25,097 bases of DNA, from the NCBI GenBank assembly GCA_964598895.1, contig CAZRDS010000007.1:1585-26681 (forward strand), read 5' to 3'. Below the pieces are notes generated by a model. The model worked only from the letters and a program-made list of their open reading frames with translations, did no database searches and was not told where the DNA came from. Origin of the DNA: an uncultured Gammaproteobacteria bacterium. Its GTDB lineage: Bacteria; Patescibacteriota; Patescibacteriia; 2-12-FULL-60-25. Positions 22,532 through 25,097 of this stretch are shown here, piece by piece (positions within the stretch are counted from its first letter, which is position 1; each line of letters begins with the position of its first letter). The position numbers were made by a program, and so were the translations under genes.

Positions 22532-22860
22532 ATATCGGTTATCTTAGGGTTATATAGTATATAAGACAATGATAGTAACAATAGGGTCTGTGGACTGTGT
22601 GGGAAAGTCAGATAAAGGCTTAACCTTGCGGAAAAGTTGAACTGACTTATCCCTGGTTCTTGGGATTAAGCCTGGGGAGCCGCTGCAGGTTGGTGGGGAT
22701 GGAGCTAGGGGAGAGAACTTATCCTTCAGATACACCCAGCGAGTCCACTGGGTTATACGGATAGCTGTGAACATGAGTATAGATTGGGGAGGGTCCTGTG
22801 CGAAAAAGGGGATAGAAGATATCCACGGACTGGGGATGAAAGGGATGAGACGGGGGATAA
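22532..22860. other. oriC: Probable oriC unwinding sub-region (DnaA trios, GC spacer, DnaA boxes, AT-rich DUE)
   Basis: Trios CAA-TGA-TAG-TAA-CAA-TAG 22567-84, GGTC, tandem boxes TGTGGACTG/TGTGGGAAA 22589-606; further degenerate boxes at 22627, 22766, 22797, 22819, 22831 and 22852; AT-rich 22532-66. By eye the + strand looks C-rich to the left and G-rich to the right. Confidence 0.75.
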
Positions 22861-22972
22861 GTCAAAAAAACGCCCAAGACCTGTACTTTTCTCGTTTATC
22901 ATGCTATAAAGGACGGTCCGAACAGGACTGCGGAGCCAATAAGGTGGCTACGTATAGCAACGGAGTGTGGTG

Positions 22973-23428
22973 ATGGCGAATTCAAAGAAGGCGGCTTCAC
23001 TAAAGAAGCCTCGGAACCGTAAGGCGCGGCTTTGCGCTGCGCTTGTTCTCGAGAACACGGCGTTCCTTAGGGATGGGGTCGGAGAGCACTACGAGCTCAT
23101 CGCGATCCCCCTCGACGCGGTTCTGACCGCTGTTGAGGACTACAACGACCGCAAGGCGTACGGCGCGGACATGACGCCGCTCAAGCGGGCGGTCGCCTGT
23201 GTCGTTTTCGCCAAATCGCCTACCAAGGAATCGCCCAAGGGCGAGATCCTGGAGGCGCTCCGGTATGACTTCATGTCACCGGACTTCGACGAGGAGCACC
23301 CGCTGCAGAAGCGGTTCGCGCTCATCTCGCATGTCGCGGGGAGGGCGTTCGAGACTGGGCTCCAGGTCGGGCTCGCGCAGGCGAAGCTCGCGCAGGCTGC
23401 CCGAAAGGAGGCGTCGACCAAGTTGTAG
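22973..23428 (+). CDS. Hypothetical protein (~151 aa), GC-rich orphan between dnaN/oriC and dnaA
   Basis: ORF with strong GC3 bias, GGAG 7 nt upstream of ATG 22973, extended -10 TGC-TATAAA at 22902-10; basic N-terminus; no recognised motif. Confidence 0.7.
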   Translation: MANSKKAASLKKPRNRKARLCAALVLENTAFLRDGVGEHYELIAIPLDAVLTAVEDYNDRKAYGADMTPLKRAVACVVFAKSPTKESPKGEILEALRYDFMSPDFDEEHPLQKRFALISHVAGRAFETGLQVGLAQAKLAQAARKEASTKL

Positions 23429-23532
23429 TCTCCTCATGCGCCGACGGTCAGAATCAACAACCCAAACGAAAGGAGGAGCTTTCTCATCTCGTCCGTCGGT
23501 AGCAACGCTTGCTCCGGCGGCGTTGTGTTTTT

Positions 23533-23574
23533 AAAAAAAAGAAAAAGAGAACGATGAGGTTCCCTTTTTCTTTT
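23533..23574 (-). terminator. Intrinsic terminator after dnaA
   Basis: Minus strand AAAAGAAAAAGGGAAC-CTCATC-GTTCTCTTTTTCTTTTTTTT (one G-U pair), starting 11 nt after the stop. Confidence 0.7.
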
Positions 23575-23585
23575 ACCCGATGTTT

Positions 23586-24992
23586 CTAAGCGTTGCTGGT
23601 TGAGTAGAGCCGTTCACGGATGACGCCAAGGTCGCGCTTCAACTGCTCATCATTCTTCACAAGTCCACCGATTTTGCCACAGGCATGCATCGCGGTTGTG
23701 TGGTCGCGACCACCAATGTGATGCCCAATGGAAGGGTAGGAACACTTCGTTTCCTCACGAAGTAAGTACATCGCGATCTGGCGTGGCAGAGCGAAACGTT
23801 GTTCGCGGCTCTTGCCGAGAATGTCGTCGAGGCGAATATCGTAGTAGGCGGTAACAATCTCGATCAAACTACGTGGGGTGACGGTGCGCTTCGCGATCGT
23901 TGGACCAAAGCTTTGAAGCAACGTCTGAACCGATTCGAGGCTTGGAAGAAGATTTTTAAATTGATGGTAGGCAATGATCTTGTTCAGCGCGCCTTCGAGT
24001 TCACGAACATTGGATTGAATCGCGCCTGCGATGAGATGAAGCAGGTCGGTGCTAAGGGCGTATTGCTTTTCGCGCGACTTGGCCTGAAGAATTGCCACAC
24101 GTGTTTCAAAGTCAGGCTTTGAAATATCAGCCATCATGCCCCACTCGAAGCGCGACTGAAGACGGCTCTCAAGGGTCTGAATGTCTTTTGGTGGGCGGTC
24201 CGATGCGATGATGATCTGTTTGTTATTCTGGTGCAATGTATTGAATGTGTGAAAAAACTCTTCTTGAGTTTGTTCTTTGCCGGTCAAAAACTGAATATCG
24301 TCGATGAGGAGGACGTCGGCGGTACGGTACTGATCTTTGAATTCCCCCGCGCGTCCGCTACGAACGGCTTGAATGAATTCGTTGGTAAAGCGTTCACAGG
24401 TGACGTACACAACCTTAAGTTGGGGTTGAGTCGTTAAAAGATGGTGTCCAATGGCCTGTAAAAGGTGGGTTTTGCCCATGCCAGCGCCGCCATAGAGAAA
24501 AAGCGGATTGTAGACTTGTCCTGGCTTGGTCGCGACGGCCATAGAAGCCGCATGTGCCAGCTCATTATTCTTTCCAACAATGAATTGTTGGAATAGATAG
24601 CGTGGATTGAGACCAATATCGGCCTGATGTGTGTCTACTGGGGTATTTTGATCGCTACTGACCGCCTGTTGCTCAACCAGAGTTGGGATATATTCCGCCA
24701 TGGCCTCCTGGGCAATGTGCTCGATCGGCAAAACAGTCGTGTTTTTGACCTCTACGCGGTAGATGACTTCACGAACGCCATGATTCGTCGCCGAACGCAG
24801 CGCTTTGACGATGGCTTCGTGATATTTTTTTTCAAACCAAGCTTTCGTGAAAGCGTTTGGAACGGCGATCACCGCTTTTCCGTTTTCGAGAGAGCTAATG
24901 AATGTGTCCTTGAACCAAGTGGTAAAATTCGCCTTTGAGAGCGTGAGCTCGAGTTCTCCGAGGGCGGATTGCCAAGTCGTTTGGTGGTCCAT
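23586..24992 (-). CDS. dnaA: Chromosomal replication initiator protein DnaA
   Basis: F.TWFKDT, NP.Y.F..FIVG..N.LA, YNPLFLYGGAGMGKTHL, LLIDDIQF, RL.SRFEWG, NVRELEGAL, GGRDHTT.MHA. Confidence 0.99.
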   Translation of the reverse strand: MDHQTTWQSALGELELTLSKANFTTWFKDTFISSLENGKAVIAVPNAFTKAWFEKKYHEAIVKALRSATNHGVREVIYRVEVKNTTVLPIEHIAQEAMAEYIPTLVEQQAVSSDQNTPVDTHQADIGLNPRYLFQQFIVGKNNELAHAASMAVATKPGQVYNPLFLYGGAGMGKTHLLQAIGHHLLTTQPQLKVVYVTCERFTNEFIQAVRSGRAGEFKDQYRTADVLLIDDIQFLTGKEQTQEEFFHTFNTLHQNNKQIIIASDRPPKDIQTLESRLQSRFEWGMMADISKPDFETRVAILQAKSREKQYALSTDLLHLIAGAIQSNVRELEGALNKIIAYHQFKNLLPSLESVQTLLQSFGPTIAKRTVTPRSLIEIVTAYYDIRLDDILGKSREQRFALPRQIAMYLLREETKCSYPSIGHHIGGRDHTTAMHACGKIGGLVKNDEQLKRDLGVIRERLYSTSNA

Positions 24993-25058
24993 AGGCGTAG
25001 AGGAAGAAGGAGAAAAGAGAACAAAACGAAGAGTGAATGAACAGGATGATTTCAGCCG

Positions 25059-25097
25059 TGTTGATAACTGTCAAATCTGTGGATGAAGTGTGGATAA
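25059..25097 (+). promoter_or_regulatory. DnaA boxes upstream of dnaA (second origin sub-region / autoregulation)
   Basis: TGTTGATAA 25059-67, TGTGGATGA 25078-86 and perfect TGTGGATAA 25089-97; the array probably continues beyond the window. Confidence 0.8.

Overview
Origin-proximal chromosome segment of a bacterium whose gene styles suggest Patescibacteria/CPR (inference from the surface-protein families, near-absence of Shine-Dalgarno motifs and a short holA). The right half is housekeeping: dnaA, dnaN, a class A PBP, a 3D-domain peptidoglycan hydrolase, polA, holA, rpsT, tRNA-Cys(GCA) and tRNA-Arg(CCT). It also holds an apparent bipartite oriC, with DnaA boxes upstream of dnaA and a DnaA-box/GC-spacer/DnaA-trio unwinding module just upstream of dnaN. 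Two self-contained GC-rich orphan genes flank dnaN on the opposite strand, and one of them sits inside the origin region. A ~1.2 kb AT-rich intergenic block (11730-12930) carries three perfect parS palindromes at ~190 bp spacing, a DnaA-box cluster and a thrice-repeated unexplained 16-bp motif. The left half is a co-oriented cell-surface cluster: a WxL/pilin-like secreted protein, a DUF916/PapD-like membrane protein, a large FN3 and carboxypeptidase-regulatory-like membrane protein, a fibre-like protein with two peptidase-G2-like autocleavage modules, an O-antigen-ligase-like TPR protein and an orphan helical protein. The window starts inside a tRNA. I see no CRISPR array, transposase, integrase or rRNA. 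All family assignments come from motif recognition by eye, not from database searches.
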